From positions 34,472,001 through 34,536,000 of the forward strand of contig OZ024754.1 in NCBI GenBank assembly GCA_964016885.1: DNA of 64,000 bases, written 5' to 3'. Numbering within the stretch: position 1 is the stretch's first letter; every line of letters begins with the position of its first letter. The position numbers were made by a program, and so were the translations under genes. This document shows, piece by piece, positions 12,585 to 25,335 of the stretch. The DNA is from Eledone cirrhosa. Its lineage: Eukaryota. Under the pieces are notes generated by a model that saw nothing but the letters and a program-made list of their open reading frames with translations, had not been told where the DNA came from and did no database searches.

Positions 12585-12738
12585 AGTTGTTGTTGATGGT
12601 GGTAGTGGTGGTGGTGTCATTGGTGGTGGTGGTGTCATTGTTGCTGATGGTGGTAGGGTGGGTGGGGATTAGTGATTTGTTGTTGTTGGTGGTAGGGTGG
12701 GTGGGGATTAGTGGTTTGTTGGTGGTGGTGGTGGCGGT

Positions 12739-12769
<31 letters not shown>

Positions 12770-13160
12770 CGGTTTGTTGATGGTGTTGTTGTTGTTGTTG
12801 GTGGTGTCATTGTTGCTGATGGTGGTAGGGTGGGTGGGGATTAGTGGTTTGTTGGTGGTGGTGGTGGTGGTGGCGGTTTGTTGATGGTTGTTGTTGTTGA
12901 TGGTGTCATTGGTGGTGGTAGTGGGGTGGGTGGGGATTTGTAGTTTGTTGGTGGTGGTGGTGGCGGTTTGTTGATGGTGTTGTTGTTGGTGGTGGTGGAG
13001 GTGGTGGTGGTGGTTGTGGGGTATCGTTGTTGGTGGTGGGGTGGGTGAGGATTTGTGGTTTCTTGTTGTTGGTGGTGGTTGTGTTGTTGTGGAGGTAGTT
13101 TTTTAGTGGTGGTAGGGAGTGTTTGTTGTTGTTGTTCATGGTGGTAGTGGTGGGGGTTTT
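12585..13160 (+). repeat. (GGT/GTT)n-rich low-complexity repeat with recurring GGGTGGGTGGGGATTAG
   Basis: Direct reading. Confidence 0.9.
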
Positions 13161-13322
13161 GTTGTCAGAAGAGAGGGGATTGTGTTCAGTTGTTGACATG
13201 GCCAGTCACCTTCATAATTGTATGTAAGAACCTTTATGTTCCAAACACTGGCTCAATAAGAAGAAAGTTATATTACTAAATCTCTCCAAATTCTTTGTAT
13301 TTTCAAAATTATGTTTCATTAA

Positions 13323-13527
13323 CCCTTTAACATTTAAACTGGCCATATTCGGCCAGAATTCTCTCACCTCTTTCTGTTCAAACCGGCTGTAACTGGCCAC
13401 TCATACTAATGTTAAGGTGTTGTTCTCAAAATAAATATCAAAATCTCGTAGATTTGATATTATATGAGATAAAGTCTTTACCCTGAAAATACAATAGTAA
13501 ATATAGAGTAATGTAAAGGCTAAAGGG
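13323..13527. mobile_element. ~205-bp MITE, piggyBac-like ends
   Basis: TTAA|CCCTTTAACATTTA ... TAAAGGCTAAAGGG terminal inverted repeats. Inverted copies at ~28232-28450 (ending GGA|TTAA) and ~37301-37522. Confidence 0.65.
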
Positions 13528-13902
13528 TATGATAATGAAAATATTAAATTGACTCTTAACATCCTGTACCACATGAAACTGCATTAGTAAGACATTCTTC
13601 AAAATTATGAAACAACACTGTGTCTGCATTATCATCATCATCGTTTAACATCTATCTCTGAGTTATGTTAACAATTAAAGTCCTTAAGCCAATGTTGCAA
13701 ATTTTCACAACAATCTGTCCACTAACAAAGACACTATAAACATTTGAATTAACAAACCCATTTTTAGATATTTTCTTCTAAATCCTTACAGAATATTAAT
13801 AATTAACATTTTAGAGGGTAATTTTATGGATAAAAAGAAACAATAATCTAATATTGATCCAAACATCTGTCAAATTAATTGTTTTATTTAATTTTCTTTC
13901 AG

Positions 13903-14172
13903 GTGACAGCATCAATAAAATCCAACTGCAACATTCCTTCATTGGGTTTGTGTTGGGCAAACCATTTAACAACACGTATTCAGTTATCTAAGCTTGAACA
14001 AACTGCTTTACCTTCAGATATTAACAGACTGTTTGGTCAGCATGTCAGCCTCCGTAATCTTGAAGTCGTATTTGCTCCACATATTCAACAGACAGTCACT
14101 CCTTATATTATTGACAGTAGTGGTGTGAGAGGAGTCAACATGCCATCACCATCATCAAACACTGCTTTGTGA
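13903..14172 (+). CDS. XRCC3: XRCC3 terminal coding exon
   Basis: ttttctttcAG acceptor. Translates VTASIKSNCNIPSLGLCWANHLTTRIQL...RNLEVVFAPHI...YIIDSSGVRG..stop, resembling the XRCC3 C-terminus (PALG-TWAN, APHL, GVRG). Joins the previous exon in frame (NQ|VT). Confidence 0.93.
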   Translation: MTASIKSNCNIPSLGLCWANHLTTRIQLSKLEQTALPSDINRLFGQHVSLRNLEVVFAPHIQQTVTPYIIDSSGVRGVNMPSPSSNTAL

Positions 14173-15037
14173 GTATAAAGGGTTTCTAACTTAGGCACAA
14201 ACTCTAGCAATTTTGAGTGAGGAAGGAGGTGAGTATATGTCAAATTGACCCTAGTACTTAACTGGTACATTATTGACCTCAGAAGGATGAAAGGCAGTGG
14301 GTTTTTAAATCAGAACCTAAAGAGCCATAACTAAATACTGCAAAGTATTTTGTCTAATGTTCTAATGAGTCTACCAATACATTACCAAATGTGGAATCAG
14401 TAGAGCGTTGAATCTGTTGAATGTGGAATCTGGCTCTCTGCACATTGAGTTCAAATCTTGTCAAGGTTCACTTTGTTTTTTATACTTTCAAGATCAATAA
14501 TAATTTCTAGTATAGGCACAGGGCCAGTAATTTTTTATTTTTTTTTTGGGGGGGGGGGGGGGCCCATTAAGTCGGTCCCAGTACGTTACTGGTGCTTTAT
14601 TTTATCGACCCCGTAAGGATGAAAGGCAAAGTTAACCTCGGTGGGATTTGTACTCAGACTGTAAAGGACCATAACTCTATGCTGCAAAGATTGGTGTCCG
14701 ACTCTCTGGTCATCTAAAAACCCACAGTGAAAGTTTGGTACATACTACTAAGTCATACTCAATCACAAGTGATGGCTTTAGTTTTTTTGTTTTACTGAAT
14801 GCCACAAAATGAAATGTTGCAGCCAATGATCTTGAGATTCTAAGAAGCAGCTCTCGTGAAATATTAATAATATATTTGTAATAGATATTGTTTTCAAATC
14901 AAATATTAATTATTGCTTTTCATCTATTTATGGATATTATTCTAAAACCAGCTATTGTTGACAATGTATAAAACTCATGCTCTTACAACTAACTCTCTGG
15001 CTGTTGGCAGCAGTATGCTGTGGTTACTATAATCATA

Positions 15038-15076
<39 letters not shown>

Positions 15077-15478
15077 ATCAATATATTAGGGAAAACAGAC
15101 AAGGCGTGATTTAATTATACATTCTAACACGTGTTTCATCAACGAGTTACGTCACAGGATATACAAGAGCTGTTTAAAGATATTAGCTGCACCAATCACT
15201 CCCTCACAATACATAGTTACTCAACAAATTTTCAGAGAATAAATACAATATTTAGAATTTCAAGTAATACTAGTATCGAAAACTACCTTATCTTCTTTTA
15301 TATATATATATCATCATCATCATCATCATCAGGTTTAGCGTCCGTGTTCCACGCTTGCATGGGTTTGGACGGGGGTTTTCCCACTTGAGGCAAGAGTGGT
15401 TGTCTTGCTCGCATAGGACTGTCTGGCGGGTTTTCTACAGTTGGATGCCCTTCCTAACACCAACCACATTTACAGTGT

Positions 15479-15515
<37 letters not shown>

Positions 15516-15654
15516 GATAAGTAGCATTACAAGTATAATAAATATTAGTAATGTTGAATGTTAAAAATAGATAGGTGGAGCAAACTAAAGTATTTATTTT
15601 CCTCAACTGCCACATAGTGGAAAATACAATTTTGTGCAATATATATATATATAT

Positions 15655-16140
15655 ATCATCATTTAATGTCCATCTTCCATGCTAGCATGGGTTAGACAGG
15701 AATAGTCCCACTTGAGGCAAGATTGATCGGGTGACTGTGTCTCGCTTGTGTAGAACTGTATCTGTATCTGGCAGGTTTTCTACGGCTAGATGCCCTTCCT
15801 AACACCAACCACATTTACAGTACGGACTTGGAGCCTTTTTACTGTGTTTCCTACACGGCCACATTACAGCGTGGATTGTGTGTTTTTTGTTGTTACACCT
15901 ACACAACCTCTTTAGTTTGGACTGGATGTTGTGGTAACCACATAACTTTACAGAGAAAGGGTGGTGTTGGTGGGAGTGGAAGGATGGAGTAGGGGTAGTG
16001 GGTTGGAATGTATATTTGGTTAGGAGGGGCCTACTGAGTGTAGGTTAACTTTGCATGTAGGGAAGGCGGATCTTCTGTATTACTGTGTGACGCCAAAGAT
16101 CTTGATCCAGTGACATTGTCTTAGAGAGATGTAAGAGTGC
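15655..16140 (-). mobile_element. RTE 3' end fragment
   Basis: Colinear with 32261-32840 (tail plus last ORF codons). Confidence 0.7.
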
Positions 16141-16429
16141 AATATATATATATATAATCCCAGTGCTAGAACATTATCTATGCCACTGTACTTATAAGAA
16201 ATATATAAAAAGATGTTTACCAATGACAAATTATTTAGAAAATTACCTTACTAGAAAAAACAAAATAAGCAGTTTTATCTCTCAAAGTAAAAATATTGCT
16301 TTCCCCTAAATATTGAACTAAGTGACTGAAACCAGACACATATATATATATATAGTTGAAGGAGACAACAAACAGAGGTACAAAAAGTCTTATTAGTTTC
16401 ACGCTTTATATTAGAAAGAGGAAAGAAAG

Positions 16430-16465
16430 TTTGACGTTTCGGATTTAAGCCCTTCTTCGGGAGCA
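16430..16465 (-). ncRNA. Hammerhead-like motif (CCGAAGA...GAAACGTC)
   Basis: Minus: CCGAAGA-A-GGGCTTAAATCC-GAAA-CG-TC. Stem I pairing is poor. The downstream tail resembles family C. Confidence 0.4.
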
Positions 16466-16789
16466 CAAACAGAGATAGGATCACAATGGAGAAACAGAAA
16501 GAATGTCCTGTAAAGACAAAAAAAAAACGAAAACGAAAAGGGAAAACAAAAAAGCTGTTAGGAAGTCTTGGTAACGAGTAGGAACGCATATAGTATATGA
16601 AAGTCACCGAATTTGTTTCATTGACCTCCAGCCATGACCCATTCACTTGATGAGATAACGAGCATGCAGTTTAGAAGCTGCCTCTTGCAAAACAGAGTAC
16701 ACAGGAATAGTTAGATAGTGAATATTATGGCAGTGTTTTGATATAAATACCTCTATATCAATCATATATATATGTGTGTGTGTGTGTAT

Positions 16790-17120
16790 CAAAGACCCCC
16801 TTCGGTCACAAATGTCAATGAGATTTGCACCTAGAAAATTTCCCTCCAAGGCACACAAGTCTGGGCAAGATGTGTTTGTGGAAGACCAAGAGTTGCCCAT
16901 ACATACCAGCCTCTCCTCTCCACGTCACCGATGATGTCCAAGGGAAAGGCTATGGCCGATACAGCTTGACACTAGTGACGTCACAACTCATTTCTACTGC
17001 TAAGTAAATTGGAGCAACTTGAAATAAAGTGTCTTGCTCAAGAACACAACGTATCCCCCGTTTCGAGACTCGAACTCACCTCTCAATTGCAAGCCCAATG
17101 CTCTAACCACTAAGCCATGT
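16790..17120 (-). mobile_element. tRNA-derived SINE (family 1 head, distinct tail)
   Basis: Minus: TGGCTTAGTGGTTAGAGC...GAGTTCGAGTC...TTCTTGAGCAAGACACTT, then a tail unlike that of the 1069 copy. Confidence 0.75.
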
Positions 17121-17408
17121 GTGTGTATGTATGTAAAGTTTGCAATTTTCAAAGTTGAAAATTGCAAACTTGACTGGCACCACTGAATATGAACCTGAAG
17201 ATTGCGAAAGCATGAAAGTTCTTGTTCAATTAACATGTAATATTCTACCATACTATTTCATTATAATATCATTATAATTTTAAAGGATTGTAAATAAAAC
17301 GAGTAAATCAGACAAAGTTGGAATTATAATATAATCTTCTATACACAATCATACACACCTGTGTATATTTATATATATATATATATATGTTTATATATAT
17401 ATATATTA

Positions 17409-17610
17409 GTGAAGGCGTGTGGCTGAGTGGTTAGAGAATTGGATTCGCAATCGTAAGGTTGTGAGTTCGATTCCTGGACCAGGCGATGCGTTATGTCCTT
17501 GAGCAAGACACTTTATTTCACGTTGCTCCTTCTACCTGGAGTTGCGACCGATAGATAGTATTAGCAATTGGAAAGACCAACGGAAACATTGTTCCCTCGG
17601 TCCGATCGTT
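17409..17610 (+). mobile_element. tRNA-derived SINE (family 1 head)
   Basis: A box TGGCTGAGTGG, B box GTTCGATTC, TCCTTGAGCAAGACACTT. Near-identical copy at 34239-34460; both follow (TA)n. Confidence 0.85.
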
Positions 17611-18548
17611 AAAAAAAAAAAAAAATATGTATATATATATTTATATATATATATATATTCATATATACACACACACACACATATAAATAATACCCATATT
17701 GCTCCATTCAGTCTACTAACTCTCAGAAAACATCCTAAACTGAATGCCAACTTGTACCCATGACGACTCCTGCCAAACCAAACCGTACTCACCCTCTAAA
17801 TTCGGCAAATCAAACATGGACCACCCATTCTCCCAAACTCAGCTTATGCAACCAAACTGCAATAGCCACCTAAAAAACTGGATAAGCAGCATTACAAATA
17901 TGAAAGATATTAGCAATGTTTATTATACTTGTAATGTTTGGCATGCACGCACGCGCACACACACACACACACACAGAGAGGTTATCATCATCATCATCAC
18001 GTGATTGCAAATCAAACTCCTTAACCACACAGCCATGCCTGTGCCTGATACACAGATAATATAATAAAATGTCTACTATTTCTTCATACTTTTTTTTTTT
18101 TTTAATTACATCTACAGCAGTTGGTTAATTGATGTAGCTGTTTATTTATCTAGGACAAAACTTAGCAAAAAAAAAAACAACAAAGCAACAACACTGACAA
18201 CAAATTGAAAAACTTGCCACCATTTGTTTGTTTTACATATTTGGGATAGGATAAAAAGATAAAAATGCCATAACTCGGAGTTGTAGAGGCACCTTCATAT
18301 GGTGTGTCTAAGGCACTTTTAAACCCAGCGGAGCCCAACCCTCTCCAGGTCTGAACACAGCCGATTTTTTTTTTCTATAGAGGAAGAATCGACTCCAGTA
18401 TTGGACTGGACTGGTAATAGTTTTTCAACCTCGAAAGGTTGAATGGCAAAGTTGACCATGATGGGATTAGAACTGAGGACACGTAATGAGGGTGATGAAT
18501 ACCGTAATGCATTCTATCCGACGTCTTAACGACTCTGCCATTTCGCCG

Positions 18549-20299
18549 GCTAGGGATACAATAGTAGGTGTTTTCATGACATGTGAAATGGAGGTTATAG
18601 CTAGGGATACAATAGTAGGTGTTTTCATGACATGTGAAATGGAGGTTATAGCTAGGGATACAATAGTAGGTGTTTTCATGACATGTGAAATGGAGGTTAT
18701 AAACTAGGGATACAATAGTAGGTGTTTTCATGACATGTGAAATGGAGGTTATAGCTAGGGATACAATAGTAGGTGTTTTCATGACATGTGAAATGGAGGT
18801 TATAGCTAGGGATACAATAGTAGGTGTTTTCATGACATGTGAAATGGAGGTTATAAACTAGGGATACAATAGTAGGTGTTTTCATGACATGTGAAATGGA
18901 GGTTATAGCTAGGGATATAATAGTAGGTGTTTTCATGACATGTGAAATGGAGGTTATAGCTAGGGATACAATAGTAGGTGTTTTCATGACATGTGAAATG
19001 GAGGTTATAAACTAGGGATACAATAGTAGGTGTTTTCATGACATGTGAAATGGAGGTTATAGCTAGGGATACAATAGTAGGTGTTTTCATGACATGTGAA
19101 ATGGAGGTTATAAACTAGGGATACAATAGTAGGTGTTTTCATGACATGTGAAATGGAGGTTATAGCTAGGGATATAATAGTAGGTGTTTTCATGACATGT
19201 GAAATGGAGGTTATAAACTAGGGATACAATAGTAGGTGTTTTCATGACATGTGAAATGGAGGTTATAAACTAGGGATACAATAGTAGGTGTTTTCATGAC
19301 ATGTGAAATGGAGGTTATAGCTAGGGATACAATAGTAGGTGTTTTCATGACATGTGAAATGGAGGTTATAGCTAGGGATACAATAGTAGGTGTTTTCATG
19401 ACATGTGAAATGGAGGTTATAAACTAGGGATACAATAGTAGGTGTTTTCATGACATGTGAAATGGAGGTTATAGCTAGGGATATAATAGTAGGTGTTTTC
19501 ATGACATGTGAAATGGAGGTTATAAACTAGGGATACAATAGTAGGTGTTTTCATGACATGTGAAATGGAGGTTATAAACTAGGGATACAATAGTAGGTGT
19601 TTTCATGACATGTGAAATGGAGGTTATAAACTAGGGATACAATAGTAGGTGTTTTCATGACATGCGAAATGGAGGTTATAGCTAGGGATACAATAGTAGG
19701 TGTTTTCATGACATGTGAAATGGAGGTTATAGCTAGGGATATAATAGTAGGTGTTTTCATGACATGCGAAATGGAGGTTATAGCTAGGGATACAATAGTA
19801 GGTGTTTTCATGACATGTGAAATGGAGGTTATAGCTAGGGATATAATAGTAGGTGTTTTCATGACATGTGAAATGGAGGTTATAAACTAGGGATACAATA
19901 GTAGGTGTTTTCATGACATGTGAAATGGAGGTTATAGCTAGGGATATAATAGTAGGTGTTTTCATGACATGTGAAATGGAGGTTATAGCTAGGGATATAA
20001 TAGGTGTTTTCATGACATGTGAAATGGAGGTTATAGCTAGGGATACAATAGTAGGTGTTTTCATGACATGTGAAATGGAGGTTATAGCTAGGGATATAAT
20101 AGTAGGTGTTTTCATGACATGTGAAATGGAGGTTATAGCTAGGGATACAATAGTAGGTGTTTTCATGACATGTGAAATGGAGGTTATAAACTAGGGATAC
20201 AATAGTAGGTGTTTTCATGACATGTGAAATGGAGGTTATAGCTAGGGATATAATAGTAGGTGTTTTCATGACATGTGAAATGGAGGTTATAAACTAGGG
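18549..20299 (+). repeat. 51/52-bp minisatellite (~34 units)
   Basis: Unit GCTAGGGATACAATAGTAGGTGTTTTCATGACATGTGAAATGGAGGTTATA with G/AA and C/T variants; no spacers. Confidence 0.97.
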
Positions 20300-20684
20300 G
20301 TGAATGTACTCCAGTATTTTAATCCCCATTTTTCATTAGAAACTTCCGATGACGCGTGAGGTGTGTGATCGATTGATGCACTTACTGTTTAATTGATGGG
20401 TTGTTGTTTTTTTTCCGCTTTGTTTGTATATTTTTGTGTACAGCTGGAACCTTGGTTCACAATCAGATCGGTTCGCAAACTATTTTTCCAAACATAAAAT
20501 GTCTCGGTTTATAAATGGTGCCTCGAGTAACAAACATGAAAGCCAGCAACAACTGTGGCCAACAAGCTGGAAGTGGGAGCAGGAAAGTGTCACTTGTGGT
20601 GTGTAGTTAGTTACTATGATGATATCTAACTGTCTTTCACACACAATCTCTCTCTCACTGTATTTCTCCCTCAACATTTCTTTC

Positions 20685-20717
<33 letters not shown>

Positions 20718-21599
20718 GTGTGTTTGTTTGTATATGTGTGTGTGTGTGTGTGCATATATGTGTGTGTGTGTTTGTATGTGTGTTTGTATATGTGTGTGTG
20801 TATAATTTAAGCTATAGCTACTTAAACTTGTCTTTTCACGAACACCTGTTATAGTAAATATAATATTTTTCTCTCTTTTATTCTCTCTCTCTCTCTCTCT
20901 CTCACCCTCACTCATTCTCAACAACCAACAGTAACACAAAAAGTTGTTACCAACTGATGCAGAGAATGCACAAGCTGCAACATCTTGTTACTTATTCCTG
21001 TGTTGTATGTGATGCTGTTTTGATCAGTGTGCAATTTATATAGCATTCCTTTGAAATTGCTGACATGCAACATAGAAAATGTTTAATAACAAAAATCTAA
21101 ATTTATAAATATAAACCAAGAGCAGTGTTGTCTTGTGTTCTATAATGAAATCAATATAAAATCAATAGGTGATTGCTTTAAACTTGTTAAAACTGATTTC
21201 CAATCGACACATCTAGATATACATAGAAATGCACTTAGGTTTCCTTAACTTTTCTGACACAAAACCATTTGAAACCAGTTTTGGTTTGTTTTCCTTTTCC
21301 TTTTTCTTTTGTACAAAATTATTTGCTTTAAAGTCTCTGTATTTAGTGTTTATCTAAAAACTTTTCATCATAAATTTATCACTAAATTGTGATCCAAAGT
21401 TATATTAGTAAATATCAACAAATTTGTGATCAGTTTCAAAATTACTTGAAAATCATAAGCTGTACTTTTCATTTAAAATATGATGACAAAACTATTTGAA
21501 GTATATTCTTTTAATTTCTCAAACTTTGTTTTTACATAAAACTTTATATGGTCAGAAAGTCAATGCATAATTTGGTTGAATTAAATAAATGCCAGCATC

Positions 21600-21844
21600 A
21601 ACAGTTTTCCAAGAGATGGCAACCAAAATAAACCTGTTTTTTTTTCTCTAAAAAAAATGTTTTCGTTTCTGCCACTGCCCAGTCCCCTCTCTCTTTTTAT
21701 TTCTTCTTTAATTTCTCATCTATTTTCTGATGAAGGACTAGCATCCAAAACATAAAGATATTTTTCCTACTATATCAAGGGTAAAACTAATAATATATAT
21801 TTCTTCATTGTACTGTGTCATTTGCTTTGTTATTTCTGTTTGCC

Positions 21845-21845
<1 letters not shown>
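21600..21845 (+). mobile_element. Family C hammerhead-bearing element (GAAA mutated to AAAA)
   Basis: CTGATGA at 21727-21733, then AGGACTAGCATCC-AAAA. Colinear with the reverse complement of 47010-47240; ends in (AT)n. Confidence 0.6.
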
Positions 21846-21877
<32 letters not shown>

Positions 21878-22529
21878 GAGTACCCGACCTAATACAGAGT
21901 ACCCGACCTCCCATGGGTACAAGCTGAAGCATATAGACAATATGCGCCCACACTCCCCACCGCAAGGTGGTCGTGGAGGTGCCACGGCAAAAAAGCACCC
22001 AGCCCACACTGTAAAGTGGACGTGTAGGCGCCACGAAAAAGCACCCAGCACTCACTGTAAATGAGGTTGGTGTTAGGAAGGGCATCCAGCTGTAGAAATC
22101 AAGCCAAATCAGTTCCTGTATGAGCAAGGCATGGTCAGCCGACCAGACACTGCCCACAACAGGACAACCGGTCTAACCCATGCTAGCGTGGAAGAACGGA
22201 CGTAAAACGGTGATGATGATGATATTATATATATTTAGGAATCGGCATAATTGAACATCATTTGTCTCAAATATCAAACCGAAAAAAGCATCTTGGCTTG
22301 TTTAACACTTTAAAAATTACTAAAAATGCATTACAATGTCAAGTTAGCATATTTCCTCAAAATTTGAAAACTTGTTTTGAAACTGAGAAGGCTAAGCTCA
22401 CTTCTACACAAATTAACAACAATCCTGTTATTTTGAAGTTCTTTAATGTCATGAGATACTGAATATTGTAGTGAGATGTGGGAAATCAAGATTTTTATTG
22501 ATAACATAGTATAAGTTTACCAAAAGATT

Positions 22530-23506
22530 TAACATAGATATAGCTGTACTGCATACACAAGGATGACATAGATATAGCTGTACTGCAGAGTTATATTATA
22601 CACAAGGGTGACAGATATAGCTGTACTGCAGAGTTATATTATATACAAGGATGACATTGATATAGCTGTACTGTAGAGTTGTATTATATACAAGGATGAC
22701 ATCGATATAGCTGTACTGCAGAGTTATATAATCCACAAGTATGACATCGATATAGCTGTACAGCAGAGTTGTATTATACACAATCTAATCTAATCTAATC
22801 TGGCCGAGTTTATACTCACAAATAAGAAGAACCAGGGCCACGCCTAGGAGCATTGGATTTGGTGTACTTCATATTTGTTTTCGTTGCTGAATACAATCTG
22901 GGGTCGCTGCTGCTCCTGAAGGTCAATAGTTCTCTTCTAACTCAAGTGGGAGCGCCTTTCCATTGTCAATTTACATTGATCATCTGCAAAACCGCATTGT
23001 TCTCAGAACCACTACACCAGTCTTTCGATGTGTGCAGCTGGAACTACTGCCACCCATTGATTTAGCAGGATCGCAACTGATTTCTACAGCTGAGTAAACT
23101 GGAGCAACATGAAAATAAAGTGTCTTGCTCAAGGACACAACATATCACCCAGTCCGAAAATCGAACTCACAACCTTTCGATTGCAAGCCCAATGCTCTAA
23201 CCACTAAGCCATGCGCCTTCACTTATACACAAGGAAGACAGAGATATAGCTGTACTGCAGAGTTGTATTATATACAAGGATGACATCGATATAGTTGTAC
23301 TGCAGAGTTGTATTATACACAAGGATGACATTGATATAGCTGTACTGCAGAGTTGTATTATACACAAGGATGACATCGATATAGCTGTACTGCAGAGTTG
23401 TATTATATACAAGGATGACATCGATATAGCTGTACTGCAGAGTTGTATTATATACAAGGATGACATCGATATAGCTGTACTGCAGAGTTGTATTATACAC
23501 AAGGAT
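22530..23506 (+). repeat. 45-bp minisatellite interrupted by a SINE
   Basis: Unit TATACAAGGATGACATCGATATAGCTGTACTGCAGAGTTGTATTA on both sides of 22784-23222. Confidence 0.9.
22784..23222 (-). mobile_element. Full-length tRNA SINE with (GATTA)n tail and 10-bp target-site duplication
   Basis: TSD TTATACACAA at 22774-22783 and 23223-23232; A/B boxes at the right end; (TAATC)n at the left end. Confidence 0.9.
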
Positions 23507-23756
23507 TTTAGCTCCAGAAACAGGAGTCATATTATACTATTATACACAAAGAAATACTGTATATGCATATAGGTCCTAGAAAGCAGCAAGGAAGACATCA
23601 TTATAGATGAATCACTGATCATTTGAAGTAAATATTCCAGAACACAAAAGAACCAAACTCCCACTGTCTCTCCCGCTCACCCCATATCTCACTATTGTGA
23701 GCAAATGGGGGGCCCAAGGCTGGCCACCCAGCGGAACTTAAACAGTGATTTGAAAT

Positions 23757-23825
23757 TTCTTTTTTTTTCTTTTTCTTTTTCTTTTTCTTTTTCTTTTTCT
23801 TTTTCTTTTTCTTTTTCTTTTTCTC
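23757..23825 (+). repeat. (TTTTTC)n microsatellite
   Basis: Direct reading. Confidence 0.95.
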
Positions 23826-24214
23826 TGAACTTAATTTTCTGTTGAACTTAATCATAGAAATTATCATTGGTGTCAAAATATATATGTGAGTGAAAAAAAT
23901 CTGATCTATAAATAATACCATTAATCAGATAAGAAATAATAATATTATTCTAGTGTCATAGTTTTGGGTTTAATTTCACAGAATCCAAGCAGTAAAATTT
24001 CATATGAGCATAAATCACAGATATAACATTCTTCTTCACAATCCATTTTTTTAAAGTCAATTTTTCTCAATTTTTTTAGTTATTTTTTTGTCTCCATTTA
24101 TTTATTTCATTTATCTTCCAGGTAATCTATGAAAAGGTAACGCTACAGACCCATTTAACCCCTTTGATACCAAACTGCCTGAAACTGCCTCTGGTTCTAC
24201 CCATTTGATACCAT

Positions 24215-24545
24215 ACCACTGAGAAATGAAGCAAGCATGCTCTGATGGATGTGTAATGTCAATGTGCATGAAAGACCAAGAGCATGGATAAGTTGAGAGT
24301 GAAACTGTATAAGAGGAATAAACTGTAGTGTGCAGGAGAGAATACTGCGCTGGTTTGGCCATGTGATGCATATGGAAGATGATCACAGGGTGAAGACGTG
24401 CCAAGAAATCCCGGTAGAAGGAAGACCATGAAAAACATGGGCGGAGGTGGTGAGAGCTGACCTCAGATCGCTGAAGTTCACAGAGGAGAGGACCCACTCC
24501 ACCCTTGCACGCAAGGAAAAGCAGACATAAAATGATGATGATGAT
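24215..24545 (+). mobile_element. Decayed RTE 3' fragment
   Basis: Remnant RNEASML..WMCN...LRWFGHVMHME and a (TGA)n tail; related copies at 50295-50640 and 53405-53885. Confidence 0.7.
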
Positions 24546-24584
24546 ATATATGTGTATATATATATATGCTTGTGTTTGTGTGCA

Positions 24585-24615
<31 letters not shown>

Positions 24616-24673
24616 GTAGAAGTTATATTTAATTTGTTGGGATACAACAAGCAAATATTTTTATAACTGATAT

Positions 24674-24899
24674 AATAATAATAATAATGAAATTATTGTG
24701 TAAAGTGCTCAGGTGCACTACAACTCGTCAATATAGTACATAGAATAATACACAAATGTCAGGGAAGTACATGTGTGTATGTGTTAGCTGTTCTGTTGGC
24801 GGATCTCGGGAAACATGGAGGTCTTAAAGGATGCAGTGTCTCGACAGCTAACAACTGATGCAGGTAGTTTGTTCCATGCTTCAGCAACTCTGAGCGTGA
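24674..24899 (-). mobile_element. CR1-group LINE 3' end fragment nested in a family A element tail
   Basis: Near-identical to 28881-29115, with an (AAT)n terminus. Confidence 0.85.
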
Positions 24900-24934
24900 A
24901 ATATAAAGCACTCAACAAATTTTTGGAGTAAAAA

Positions 24935-25290
24935 TACAATATAGTAACAAATGGAAACTATATTTATTTCATTATACATATTTCAAGGACACCAAAGCAA
25001 ATTATGGTGTGCTTTCATCAGATAAAATATAATATAGATCAGTTTTATAAACAATTACTGACATACCCTTAAAGAATACGACCATGTTGGTTGGAAGCTG
25101 CCGGATAGTCTCCCGGGAGCTTCCAACTGACATGGTCGTATTCTTTAAGGGTATGTCAGTAATTGTTTATAAAACTGATCTATATTATATTTTATCTGAT
25201 GAAAGCACACCATAATTTGCTTTGGTATCCTTGAAATATGTATAATGAAATAAATATGGTTTTATAAATATAGTTTCCATTTGTTAATAT

Positions 25291-25296
<6 letters not shown>
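24935..25296. mobile_element. Palindromic double-hammerhead element, family A copy 2
   Basis: ~165-180-bp inverted arms around ~25108. HHR on + at 25188-25252 (CTGATGA..GAAA-TATGTA-TA^ATGAAATA) and on - at 24965-25029. Confidence 0.75.

Positions 25297-25335
<39 letters not shown>

Noticed and set aside
11577-13199. His/Thr- or Pro/Thr-rich ORFs on the minus strand
   Set aside because: Products of TG-based and GGT-based repeats within an XRCC3 intron.
16560-16720. Possible GIY-YIG endonuclease C-terminal remnant upstream of a hammerhead-like motif
   Set aside because: Too short and disrupted to support by eye.
17409-17490. tRNA gene
   Set aside because: A/B boxes continue into a SINE body, no convincing cloverleaf, and multiple diverged copies exist.
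18375-20299. CRISPR-like array or repetitive protein (MKTPTIVSLAITSISHV)n
   Set aside because: Units are contiguous with no unique spacers, there are no cas genes, the context is eukaryotic, and 52-bp units break the frame.
20335-20610. Possible exon or promoter (ACTTCCG-ATGACG motif, acceptor-like TACAG, 60-aa ORF)
   Set aside because: No recognisable protein similarity or partner exons; short motifs expected by chance.
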